This document shows, in pieces, positions 11,543 through 22,600 of a DNA stretch of 64,000 nt. The DNA is taken from the NCBI GenBank assembly GCA_963769025.1, contig CAVYKI010000006.1:224001-288000 (forward strand), given 5' to 3'. The position numbers and the translations under genes were made by a program. The stretch comes from an uncultured Verrucomicrobiae bacterium. Lineage in GTDB: Bacteria; Verrucomicrobiota; Verrucomicrobiia; Chthoniobacterales; Chthoniobacteraceae. Every line of letters starts with the position of its first letter. The stretch's first letter is position 1. The notes below the pieces were generated by a model. It was not told the DNA's origin. It saw nothing but the letters and a program-made list of their open reading frames with translations, and made no database searches.

Positions 11543-11943
11543 TTTTTCGGGATGTCGCCCGCGAGGATCACCGAATAGCTCTGGCGCAACGCCTCATCGG
11601 TGACGGCGGCGACCATCCCGGAGGGCGTGCCGATGTCGGCCTTGATGATGAGCCACTTTTCCGCGGACTCGTTCTCGGAAAGGCGCGCGCGCAATTCGGC
11701 AAGGGTCACCGTGCGATCCCGGTGGTAGATCGCGGCTGCCGGCCCGCCGGTGATGCTCACGATCTCCGCGTTGCGCTGCGTGCCGAGTGCGAACGACGAG
11801 GCAGGAAGGCTGACCTGCACGCCCGGCGTGAGCGTGAATTTCGACCCGAGCACGTAAAAGGCGATGACGAGCAGGAGCACGTTCAGCATCGGCATGATGC
11901 CGAACAGCGCGAGGGGAAAGTGGTAGGCGCGCTCGATCTTCAC
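11539..11943 (-). CDS. exbD: ExbD/TolR biopolymer transport protein
   Basis: GTG start, IMPMLNVLLLVIAF TM, V.LP, IIKAD...P.G.V..V.D. Confidence 0.8.
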   Translation of the reverse strand: MKIERAYHFPLALFGIMPMLNVLLLVIAFYVLGSKFTLTPGVQVSLPASSFALGTQRNAEIVSITGGPAAAIYHRDRTVTLAELRARLSENESAEKWLIIKADIGTPSGMVAAVTDEALRQSYSVILAGDIPKK

Positions 11944-11945
11944 GG

Positions 11946-12611
11946 TCAGCGGTTTTCGGAGCGCTGGCGGGCTTCTCCAAACTCGATGATGTCGGACTGC
12001 TGGCGGCTTTCCATGAGGAGATTCACCACCTCGATCCCGGCGCGCTCCATGTCGTGGACGACGGCATTTGCCCGCGCGCTGAGGTAGGCGTAGCCCATCG
12101 CGCAAGGGATGCAGACAGCGAGCCCCGCGGCGGTCGTGATGAGCGCCTGGTAGATTCCGTTTCCGATTTCCGCCGAGCTGGTGAGGCCGGTGGTCGCGGC
12201 CATGCTTTGAAACGCCTCGATCAGCCCGGCGACCGTGCCGAGCAGCCCGAGCAGCGGCGTGAGAAAGGCGAGCGAGGCGAGCATGCCGAGGCGGCGTTCG
12301 AGGCGCGGCACCTCGAGCTGGCCGGCTTCCTCGACGATGTCCTTCAGCTCCGAGCGTGGCGCGCTGTGGCGGATGATTGCAGAGTGAACGACGCGCTGGA
12401 CCGGTCCCTTTGTCGCGGCGGCCTCCATCTGCGCCTCCTGGTATCGGCGGCCGTGGATCAGATTTGCGAGGCCGCGCATGAATTCACCCACGCGGACGCT
12501 GATGCGGTGGAAGTAAATCAGCCGTTCGAGGAACACCGCGCTGGCGAGCACGCTGCAAACCAGAATGAACCACATGACGGGTCCGCCCTTTTGCATGAAG
12601 TCGAGAAGCAT
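11946..12611 (-). CDS. exbB: MotA/TolQ/ExbB proton channel protein
   Basis: KGGPVMW, ER, TPLLGLLGTVAGLI.AF, GIYQALITTAAGL.V.IP. Confidence 0.9.
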   Translation of the reverse strand: MLLDFMQKGGPVMWFILVCSVLASAVFLERLIYFHRISVRVGEFMRGLANLIHGRRYQEAQMEAAATKGPVQRVVHSAIIRHSAPRSELKDIVEEAGQLEVPRLERRLGMLASLAFLTPLLGLLGTVAGLIEAFQSMAATTGLTSSAEIGNGIYQALITTAAGLAVCIPCAMGYAYLSARANAVVHDMERAGIEVVNLLMESRQQSDIIEFGEARQRSENR

Positions 12612-12685
12612 GGCGCAAAAGTAGTCACCATCGGTTGCGGCGCGAAAGGATGAAGTTTCGATTTCGCGCCGCGCAGCATCCGCGT

Positions 12686-13201
12686 ATGAAGACGCGCGTG
12701 CGAATCCTTGCCATCGATCCTTCCCTGCGTTCCAGCGGCTTTGCCGTGCTGGAGAAAACCGGTGGGAAGATCCGCGCCATTGAATACGGCGTGGTGAAGA
12801 ATCCGCCGGCATTGCTCCACAGCACGTGCCTCGTCGCGATCCGCGATCGGATCGCCGCGGTCATCGCGCAGCACTCGCCGGAGTGCGCGGTGTTTGAAGG
12901 CGTGATTTTTGTGCAGAGCCACCGGACGGCGATCACGCTCGGCGCGGCACGCGGAGCGGCGCTCGTGGCGGCGGCGGAGCGCGGGCTGCCGATCTATGAA
13001 TACGCGCCGCGCCGCGTGAAGCAAAGCGTCGTGGGCCGCGGCGGCGCGCAGAAGCAGCAGGTGGGATTCATGGTGCGCGTGCTCCTCGGCCTGTCCGAGA
13101 CGCCGTCGCCGGACGCCGCGGATGCTCTGGCGGTCGGGCTCACGCATTTCCAATGCGCCGAGAGCGCACGGCATGGCGCGGTGATCCTGGAGCGGATATG
13201 A
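12686..13201 (+). CDS. ruvC: Holliday junction resolvase RuvC
   Basis: ILAIDPSL..SG, LG.ARG, EYAP..VKQSVVG.G.A.KQQV, DAADALAV. Confidence 0.95.
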   Translation: MKTRVRILAIDPSLRSSGFAVLEKTGGKIRAIEYGVVKNPPALLHSTCLVAIRDRIAAVIAQHSPECAVFEGVIFVQSHRTAITLGAARGAALVAAAERGLPIYEYAPRRVKQSVVGRGGAQKQQVGFMVRVLLGLSETPSPDAADALAVGLTHFQCAESARHGAVILERI

Positions 13202-13827
13202 AAGTGCGCTGGCTCGGCAGGATCGGCTACGGCGAGGCGCTGGCCATGCAGGAGGAAATCGTCGCCGCAAAGGCGGCCCGGACGGACGTGCCGGATGAAC
13301 TGCTGCTGCTCGAGCACGATTCCGTTTTCACGATCGGCCGGACGAGGGATCAGTCTTCGCTGCGCGACCCCGCCGCGCTGCCGGCGCCGCTCATGGCGAT
13401 CAATCGCGGCGGCCAGGCGACGTGGCACGGGCCCGGGCAGCTCGTCGGCTATCCTCTGCTCGACCTGCGGCCGCGCGGCTCGGACCTTCACCGCTACCTG
13501 CGCGACCTGGAGGAATTCCTGATTTTGCTCTGCGCGGATTTCGGCGTGGCGGCTTCTCGCCGCGAGGGGCTCACGGGCGTCTGGGTGGGCGAGAGAAAAA
13601 TCGCGAGCCTCGGCGTCGGCGTGCGGCGGTGGATTTCGATGCACGGCTTCGCGCTGAATGTATGCGGGACGCTGGAGGGCTTTTCGCACATCACGCCGTG
13701 CGGGATCGCAGGCGTTGAAATGACGAGCCTCGAACGCGAGGGCGCGGCTGGCGTGACGGTCGAAGGCGTGGCCGCGAAGGTCGCGGAACGCTTTCCGGGA
13801 TTTCTCGCGCAGCCGCCGCGTCGCTAG
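13198..13827 (+). CDS. lipB: Octanoyltransferase LipB
   Basis: LLEH..VFTIG, RGGQATWHGPGQLVGYP, KIASLG, HGFALN, ITPCG. Confidence 0.95.
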   Translation: MKVRWLGRIGYGEALAMQEEIVAAKAARTDVPDELLLLEHDSVFTIGRTRDQSSLRDPAALPAPLMAINRGGQATWHGPGQLVGYPLLDLRPRGSDLHRYLRDLEEFLILLCADFGVAASRREGLTGVWVGERKIASLGVGVRRWISMHGFALNVCGTLEGFSHITPCGIAGVEMTSLEREGAAGVTVEGVAAKVAERFPGFLAQPPRR

Positions 13828-15701
13828 CTGTAAATCACGAGTTCGATGTCCTCGGGCAGATTGCTCGCGACGCGTTCGATGACACTGCCCTTGAGCAGCC
13901 GCGCCATTTTCGCGCGATGCGAAGATCCAAGCATGACGATGTCCGCCCCGAGCGTTGCGGCGATGTCAACGATGGTCCCAGCGGGGTCGGTGGACTCGGC
14001 ATAGACCGGCTGCACGCACACGTCGATTTCCTCGCCGAGTTTGAGCACCAGCGACATGATGGGCGCGGCCTGCGGATCGTCCTGCCAGCGGTTTCTGCGC
14101 GGCGTGCTGTAATTTGCCGCGCCGAGAAAGACGGCCACTTCCCGGATATACAGGACGCACAGTGAGGCTCCTCGCAGCTTCGCCTCGTCGAGTGCGAAAC
14201 GGAGCACCGGCGTCGGACCGCGCGCGGCGACGAGAATTTTTTGACCTTCCATCAGCCGCGGACGCAACCTGGCGACCGCCTCGGGATCGATGAGGTCCGC
14301 GACCTCCTTGGAAATCGTGAGGGTCTTTAGCCCGGTGACCTTGTGCGAATACGCGCGCAGCCCGAGGCCGACGCCGACGACGATGACGGCGAAGTAGAGG
14401 GCCTGCGGTTTCATGTAGGCAATCGTCAGCTCCGCGCCCATGAGCACGACAAATGTCGCGGCCATGGCGATGCGTTCGAACCACCGCATGTCCAGGTTTC
14501 GATTTGCGACGCACGCGCCGAGGTTCACCGAGATCGCGCCGACCACGCTGATCTCGTAAAGCTCGGCGAGGCCTTCAAGGTTTTGGGTGAATGTGAGGAT
14601 GACCACCGGCAGGAACGTGGCGAGCAGGAGCGGGATGATCGGGACGCCGTGGGAATTCAGGCGCGAGAGCGGGCGCGGCATTTCGCCGTCCTGACCGAGC
14701 ATGTAGAAGACGCCGATCACCGCGTTGATCGCGGTGTTGACCGCGCTCAGGAGCAGCACGCCAAAGACGATGCCGACGACGAGCCCGACCGAATGCCCGA
14801 CGATCGTGCCGCCCACCTTCGTGCCGTAGTGTTCGCCGAGAAAGCGGAGCATGTAATTCTTGTGCTCCACGAAGGCGCTTTGCGTTTCGGGCGTGTTCGC
14901 CATCGAGAGCATCGCCCACCCGAGAAGGACCGTGGCGACGACCACCTCGATCGCGACGATGAAAAGCGCGCGCCCTGCGGTGCGGCCCACCTTCACCTTT
15001 TCCCCCACGTCGCCGGGATCGGCCTTCATGACGCCCGTCATGCTCGCGACGGCCTCGACGCCGCTGAGCGCCAGGATCGCCCCGGTGAACCAGATCCACG
15101 TCTGGCTCATCGCGCCGTGGGTGGCCTTCGGGTGCCGTTCCAGGAACGCCGGGTCGGCGAGCGCCTCGCTGGGCCAGCGGAGAAATTCCGTCGTGAGATA
15201 AGGTGCGCTGATGGCGATCAAAATGAGCACGGTCACCACGGTCGGAATCGCCATCGCGATGGCCATGCTGCCGCTGTGCTTCGGGCCGAACCAATTCACC
15301 GCGCCGAGGATCACGATCGCCGTCATCGTCGCCGCCGGGAGCCACTTTTCCGGCACGCCGAAGTAGCTCATGGCCGACCAGCCGCTGAGTGCGGCGGTGA
15401 CGAGAAAATTCGCAATCAGCAGCAGCGCGCCAAGCGAGGCGAGGATCCGGCTCTGCTGGCGGGCCGCCGAATACACGCCGCCGCCGTCGGGGAAATTGCG
15501 GCAGATGATGGAGTAGTTGTAACCGACGATCGCCGTGAGCACGCAGACGGCGATGATGACGGGAAGGGCCGCGAAGCCCGCGGCGACGATCGTGAGACCG
15601 ATGACGTAGGCCTTCGACGTCCCCCAGTCGCCGTAGAGCAGCGCGGCAGCGCGCTTCCAGTCGAGATTGCGGGGGCGTGCGACATCTGTGGACGGTCCCA
15701 T
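13824..15701 (-). CDS. APC-superfamily permease (KimA/KUP-like) fused to a C-terminal universal stress protein domain
   Basis: About 12 TM segments, YGDWGTSKAY, FPDGGGVY, LSGVEA; tail ADIVMLGSSH...LLKGSV.ERV typical of USP. Confidence 0.85.
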   Translation of the reverse strand: MGPSTDVARPRNLDWKRAAALLYGDWGTSKAYVIGLTIVAAGFAALPVIIAVCVLTAIVGYNYSIICRNFPDGGGVYSAARQQSRILASLGALLLIANFLVTAALSGWSAMSYFGVPEKWLPAATMTAIVILGAVNWFGPKHSGSMAIAMAIPTVVTVLILIAISAPYLTTEFLRWPSEALADPAFLERHPKATHGAMSQTWIWFTGAILALSGVEAVASMTGVMKADPGDVGEKVKVGRTAGRALFIVAIEVVVATVLLGWAMLSMANTPETQSAFVEHKNYMLRFLGEHYGTKVGGTIVGHSVGLVVGIVFGVLLLSAVNTAINAVIGVFYMLGQDGEMPRPLSRLNSHGVPIIPLLLATFLPVVILTFTQNLEGLAELYEISVVGAISVNLGACVANRNLDMRWFERIAMAATFVVLMGAELTIAYMKPQALYFAVIVVGVGLGLRAYSHKVTGLKTLTISKEVADLIDPEAVARLRPRLMEGQKILVAARGPTPVLRFALDEAKLRGASLCVLYIREVAVFLGAANYSTPRRNRWQDDPQAAPIMSLVLKLGEEIDVCVQPVYAESTDPAGTIVDIAATLGADIVMLGSSHRAKMARLLKGSVIERVASNLPEDIELVIYS

Positions 15702-15957
15702 ATCAGTTCAATGCGAGTGACAATCTCCTGGCGCGGCGCGAAGCCTCAGCGTGCGACGGTCGGCAGGAGTTGCGTGACGGGTTGGGAAGGATTCCGCCCG
15801 ATTCGGGAAGCGAAGGCATGCCGCCCGGTGTTTGATTCGGTTTTCAAGATACCGGCGGACGATGACGATGCACGGCGATAGGTCAAGGCGGCAGCGGCGG
15901 ACATCGCCGTTGGCAAAGGCGCGCCCGGGTGGTTTACTCGCGCGACTTTTCCTCCCG

Positions 15958-17019
<1,062 letters not shown>

Positions 17020-17025
17020 GCCGCG

Positions 17026-17841
17026 TCAGCAGCCAAAGGTCTTCCGGAGATATTCGCGACTCTTCGTGGCGATGACTTCCGGGCCTTCGTCGAAATTGAA
17101 AACCTCGACCGAGACGGTGCCGTCGTAGCCGGACTCGCGCAGCGCGGCGGCGATGGGCGCGAAGTCCATGTCGCCGAATCCCGGCCCCTTCAGGTTCGGG
17201 TCGTTCGCGTGGAAGTACTCAAACTTGCCCGCACTCTCGCGGATGATTTGCGGGATCGGCGTGGCCTCCGCACTCATCGCCTTTACATCAAGAATGATGC
17301 TCATCGCGCGGCTCGCGAACTGCGCGGCGAAGCGGCGCCCCTCGGCGGCGGTATTCACGAAATTCGTCTCCGCCGGCGCGAGCGGCTCAAAGCAAAGCAC
17401 GACCCCGCGTTCCTCCGCGCGCTTCACGGCGGCGCGGAAGACCTCCGTCGCCCATGCCCACGCCTGTTCAAACGTCACGCCATCCATGATGTTCCGCTGC
17501 TTGGGCGACCCGACGATGATGCGCGTCCCACCGAGGTCTGCGCAGCAGTCCACCAGTTCGGTGAAATACGCCGACGTGCGCGTCCGCACCGCCGCATCGG
17601 GATGCGTGAGATACATCCCTTCGGCCTGCACGAGCACCCAGTGCAGGCCGCTGATGCCGATGCCTGCGCTCGCGGCGAGTCCGCGGATGCGCGTGCGTTC
17701 GGCGGGGGAAATGTCGGTCACCGACTTCGCGATGGTGAAGGGCGCGATCTCGACGAAGTCGTAGCCCGCCTTTTTCGCGAACGCGAAGGTATCCTCCAGC
17801 GACCAGTCCTTGAAGATCTCATTGCAGATTCCGAATTTCAT
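17026..17841 (-). CDS. Sugar phosphate isomerase/epimerase (AP endonuclease 2 TIM barrel, D-tagatose 3-epimerase-like)
   Basis: GYDFVEIAPF, FEPL...ETNF.NT, HAND.N..GPG.G, VSVEVF. Confidence 0.85.
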   Translation of the reverse strand: MKFGICNEIFKDWSLEDTFAFAKKAGYDFVEIAPFTIAKSVTDISPAERTRIRGLAASAGIGISGLHWVLVQAEGMYLTHPDAAVRTRTSAYFTELVDCCADLGGTRIIVGSPKQRNIMDGVTFEQAWAWATEVFRAAVKRAEERGVVLCFEPLAPAETNFVNTAAEGRRFAAQFASRAMSIILDVKAMSAEATPIPQIIRESAGKFEYFHANDPNLKGPGFGDMDFAPIAAALRESGYDGTVSVEVFNFDEGPEVIATKSREYLRKTFGC

Positions 17842-17937
17842 CCCCGCAGGATGCCGTGTGCGTGACGCGCTGGGGAAGCGGAAACTCCGCAGTCAAATCC
17901 TCCGCGGTTCCCGGCTGCACGCCAGGCCGGCACTCAG

Positions 17938-18489
17938 CTAAGGCGCTGCCTTGGGAGCGCTGAGGCTTTTGCTGTAGAACCCGGACCGATCAAAGCAGCA
18001 CACGCGGCGTTTCCCCGCAGCGAGCATCGAGCAGGCACTGGCCACCCGGCGGGTGCGAGTCTCCGGCAGTTTGGCGGAGGTGATCCAATGGATCCAATCT
18101 CGGCGCGCGATGGGCGTGATTTCGTCCCACAACGCCCGTGCCTTCGGGTCCGCCGCGAGAGCCTTCCGCAGGTCGGCGGGCACCTTGGGTTCCGGTTCCT
18201 CGGCCAAGGGCGCGATCTCCAGCGTGACGGTGTCGCCCGCGTCTGCGCCGGCCGCTTCGCGCAACTTTCGGCTCACTTTGAGCCAATGGCTTTTCTGGCC
18301 ATCCGGCTCGAGCGTGGCCCGGAAGGGGACACCATTGAGGGTGCCTTCCACCGTCGTCATGCTCCGCGAAGGGAGCTTCGCACTCGCGTCCATCGGCAGG
18401 GTAAGAAAGGTCCACGACCCGCCCTTCGCGGTCCCTTCCGGGCGGATGAGTTTTGCTGCGAAACTGATCTTGGAAGCGGATTTGGCCAT
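17938..18489 (-). CDS. DUF1905 / YdeI-OmdA-like protein
   Basis: VEGTLNG..F, AG.TV.LEI, VPADL..AL, RRDWIHWI.SAK..ETR.RR. Confidence 0.8.
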   Translation of the reverse strand: MAKSASKISFAAKLIRPEGTAKGGSWTFLTLPMDASAKLPSRSMTTVEGTLNGVPFRATLEPDGQKSHWLKVSRKLREAAGADAGDTVTLEIAPLAEEPEPKVPADLRKALAADPKARALWDEITPIARRDWIHWITSAKLPETRTRRVASACSMLAAGKRRVCCFDRSGFYSKSLSAPKAAP

Positions 18490-18510
18490 TGTCGCCTTGT
18501 ATCCAGAGGC

Positions 18511-19041
18511 TCAGCGGATGCCGCGGGCGATGTATTCGCGGGAGAGGGTGACGTAGCGGTCGGCCCAGACGCGGATGCCGGCCTGCTCGTCGAGCGTGAG
18601 GGTGCGGACGACCTTCGCGGGCGCACCGAGGATGAGGGAGCCGGGCGGGAAGATTTTGCCGCCGGTGACGATGGCGCCTGCGCCGATGATGCACCGGGCG
18701 CCGATTTCCGCGCCGTCGAGCACGATCGCGCCCATGCCGACGAGGACCTCGTTGTCCACCTTGCAGGCGTGGAGCACGGCCTTGTGGCCGACGGTGACGA
18801 GTTCACCGATCTCGGTGCCGAAGTCGTCGGCGAGATGGATGACGGAGCCGTCCTGGATGTTCGAGCGCGGGCCGATGACGATGCGGTTGATGTCCGCCCG
18901 CACGGCGCACTGGAACCACACGCTGGACTCCTCGCCGAGGGTCACGTCGCCGAGGATGGTGGCGTTGGCCGCGGTGAACGCGGTCGGGTGAATGCGAGGA
19001 ACGCTGTCGAGATGCCGTGCGATCCGCTGGTGAAAATCCAT
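18511..19041 (-). CDS. Gamma-carbonic anhydrase family protein
   Basis: Hexapeptide repeats, VRADIN.I.IG..SNIQD..V.H, TVGH.A.LH.C. Confidence 0.92.
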   Translation of the reverse strand: MDFHQRIARHLDSVPRIHPTAFTAANATILGDVTLGEESSVWFQCAVRADINRIVIGPRSNIQDGSVIHLADDFGTEIGELVTVGHKAVLHACKVDNEVLVGMGAIVLDGAEIGARCIIGAGAIVTGGKIFPPGSLILGAPAKVVRTLTLDEQAGIRVWADRYVTLSREYIARGIR

Positions 19042-19224
19042 GGCAGAAGCTGTGCCATTTGCCGTGGAAAAATCAACCTCCGAACGGTGCCGGAGAGATG
19101 AAGGAAAATTCGGCGGAAACCGATTGACTCGCCGAATTTCGAGTGACACACAGCGGCCCGAATTCGCGGGCTGATTCTCCGCCCCCGGAAATTTTATCAC
19201 TCAGCCAACCAACCAGCATTTCCC

Positions 19225-19500
19225 ATGAATAAGGCAGAACTTGTTTCCAGTGTACAAAAGAACCTCGGCAAGGACGTGAGTAAGGCGGCCGCGGAAAAGG
19301 CGGTGAACGCAGTGGTCGAATCCATCGCGGGCTCGCTGCGTCGGGGGAAAAATGTGCAGTTGATCGGCTTCGGGACTTTCAAGGTCGTGAACCGGAAGGC
19401 CCGGCTCGGCGTGAACCCGAAGACTGGCGAGAAGATCAAAATCAAGGCCTCCAAGGCGGTGAAATTTGCGGTCGGCAAGGAACTTAAGTCGAAGCTGTAG
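19225..19500 (+). CDS. hup: HU family DNA-binding protein
   Basis: MNKAEL, VQLIGFGTF, R.GVNPKTGE.I.I.A, F..GK.LK. Confidence 0.95.
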   Translation: MNKAELVSSVQKNLGKDVSKAAAEKAVNAVVESIAGSLRRGKNVQLIGFGTFKVVNRKARLGVNPKTGEKIKIKASKAVKFAVGKELKSKL

Positions 19501-19645
19501 ATCTTGGGGAATGGGGGCCGCCGTGGGACCGGCGCCGAGGGCTGTAGCGTTCCCCGGAAAAAGGGGGTGAATTTTCGCGGGATTGGACTTTGCCGCAAGG
19601 GGCGGTCTGGAAGCTGCTTACTCAGGCTCGATCATTTCAGCCCGA

Positions 19646-22600
19646 ATGCATCGTGCCCTCAAAAAGAAGATTTACGCCGGAATCGCGGTGGCGCTCGCCG
19701 TCTTTGCGCTGACGGCGATTGTCGCGATCTGGCACATGGCGAAGGTGCGCGAGGCGCGGGTGCTGGGATTCGTGACCGTGTTCGGGAGCATCACCTACTC
19801 GCTCTTGCTCGGCTGCGCGCTCGTGCTGATGCGGAGCGGGACGCGGGCGCGGAGGGAGGTCGAGAGCGGGCTGCGCGACGCGGAGGAACTGAACGGGAGC
19901 ATGATCGAAAGCAGCACGGATTGCATCGCGCTGCTCGATGCACAGGGGCGGCTGAAGGTGGTCAATTCGGCGATGTGGCGGTGGATCGAGGACATCGGAC
20001 TCCAGCCGGTGGAGGGTCTGCCTTGGGTGGAGACGTGGGCCGGCGAGCCGCGGGTCGCCGCGGAATCCGTGATGAAGGCCGCAGCCTCGGGGAAGGTCGG
20101 GAGATTCCAAGGCCTGTGCCACGTCCGCTCCGGCGAGGGGCGCTGGTACGATGTGGTGGTGACCCCGGTCTGTGATGGGAAAGGGCGACCAGAGCGGATT
20201 CTCGTCGTGTCGCGGGATGTGACGGCGAGCCATTCATCCGAGGAAAAATTCCGCGTCCTGTTTGACCAGTCGGCGCATGCACATTTCATCTTCGATGCAA
20301 ACCACGTGGTGGCTTGCAACCAGGCGGCTGCCGAAATGCTGGGCTTTGCCGGCATGCCGGAACTGACCGGCACGGATGTCGCCGCGCTTTCGCCGGAGCT
20401 GCAGCCGGATGGTTCGCTCTCGGAGGTCAAGCGCACGGAGATCTGGGACCTCGTCCGCGAGATCGGGCATTTCCGCTACGAGTGGCAGGCGCGCAAATCC
20501 GACGGGCGGGAATTGCCCGTGGAGATCGCGATCACGCCGGTGTGGGCGGATGGCCGCGAGGTGCTGCTCGCGGTGTGGAGCGACCTCACCGAGCGCCGGC
20601 TGTCTGAGAATCTGCTGCGCGAGAGCGAGCAGCGTTTCGAGGCGTTCATGGAGCACAGCCCGACGCTCTGCTTCATGAAGGACGATCAGGGCCGGATGCT
20701 GTTCGTCAACCGCGTCATGGCGAAGGCGTTCGGAGCGCCAGTCGAGCAGATGGTCGGCAAGAATGACTTCGACTGGCTCCCGCCCGAGACGGCGCGGGCG
20801 GTGATGGAATACGACCGGAGCATTTTGCAGAGCAACCGCGCGTCCAAGCAGGTGGAGATGATCACGACGAGTGACGGCCTCACGCACGAGTGGCTGGTCG
20901 TGAAATTCCCCATGGTCGGTCCGGACGGGCGCAGGTTCCTCGGCGGGATCGGCGTGGACGTGCGCGAGCAGCGGAAGACGGAGCGCGCGCTCAAGCGGAG
21001 CGAATCCACATTCCGCGATCTTTTCGACGATGCGCCCGTCGCCTACTACGAACTCGACACGGAGGGGCGGCTCGCGCGCGTCAACAAGACCGAACTCGAG
21101 ATGCTTGGCTATTCCGCCGGCGAGATGGTCGGCCATTACATCTGGGAATTCGTGGTCGGGGAGGACTTCCGCGACTATATCGCGTGGCGGGTGAGGGACG
21201 AGGCCGAGATCGGCGAGCCGTATCAGCGCGAGTTCCGCCGCAAGGATGGAAGTGTGTTCCCGGTGCTGGTGCGCGACAGCCTGATCCGGGATCCCGCCGG
21301 TGTCGTGACCGGACTGCGGGCGACGATGCAGGACATCAGCGAACTGAAGCGGACCGAGGCTTCGCTGCGCGCTGCGGAGGAGAATTACCGGAAAATCTTC
21401 GAGAATGCGATCGAGGGGATTTTTCAGATCAGTCCGGATGGCCGTTTCCGGAATGCGAACCCGGCGCTTGCAGGGATCCTCGGCTATCCCTCGCCGTCGG
21501 AACTGCTCGCCGAAGTGGGCGACATCGGCGGGCAGATCTACGTGCAGCCTGCGCAGTGGGCGGAATTCCGCGCGGTGATGGAACGCAGCGCCTCGATTGC
21601 GCAGTTCGAATGTGAGATGCGCCGCCGGGACGGCTCGGTGATCTGGGTGTCGAAGCACGCGAGGCCCGTGTGCGACGCGGACGGAAAGGTCGTCTATTAC
21701 GAGGGCGCGATGGAAAACATCACCGCCCGGCGGCAGGCGGAGACGGCGATGGCGGGCGCGCGCGATTCCGCCATCGAGTCCGCGCGGCTCAAGACGGAGT
21801 TCCTCGCGAACATGAGCCACGAAATTCGCACACCGATGAATGGCATCATCGGCATGACCGGGCTGCTGCTCGACACGGAGCTGTCCGCGAGGCAGCGGGA
21901 TTTTGCCGAGACGATCGTGGACAGCTCCGAGGCGCTGCTGAAGATCATCAATGACATCCTCGACTTCTCGAAGATCGAGGCCGGGATGCTGACGTTTGAG
22001 GAGATCGACTTTGACGTGAACAATGTCGCGGAGAGCGTCGTGGATCTTTTCGCCGGCCGCGCTTTGACGAAGGGCATCGAGCTCTCGCTGGTCGTCGCGG
22101 ACGGAGTGCCCGAGGTGCTCACTGGCGACCCGGGCCGGCTGCGGCAGGTGCTTTCGAACCTCGTCGGCAATGCGTTGAAATTCACCGAGCAGGGCGAAGT
22201 CCGCGTGATGATCCGCACCGAGAAGGAGCAGTCCGGAGAGACGATGCTGCATTTCGAGGTGATGGACACGGGCATCGGAATCTCCCGCGAGCAGCAGGCA
22301 CGGCTTTTCCAAGCGTTTGTGCAGGCCGACGGATCGACGACTCGACGGTACGGCGGCACCGGCCTGGGGCTCGCGATCAGCCGCAGGCTGGTTTCCCAGA
22401 TGGGCGGTGAGATATGGATCGACAGTGAGCCCGGTCGCGGTTCGCGGGTGTTTTTTACCGGGGCCTTTCGGAACGCGGAGGATGTGCGCGTGCAGCAGCT
22501 GTCGCCATTCCCGGGCGCGAGGGCGCTCACCGTCGGCCCGGCCTGCGGCGGTAGCGTGCTTTCGGGGTTGTTCGAATCCTGGGACGTCAAGGCGGAGCAC

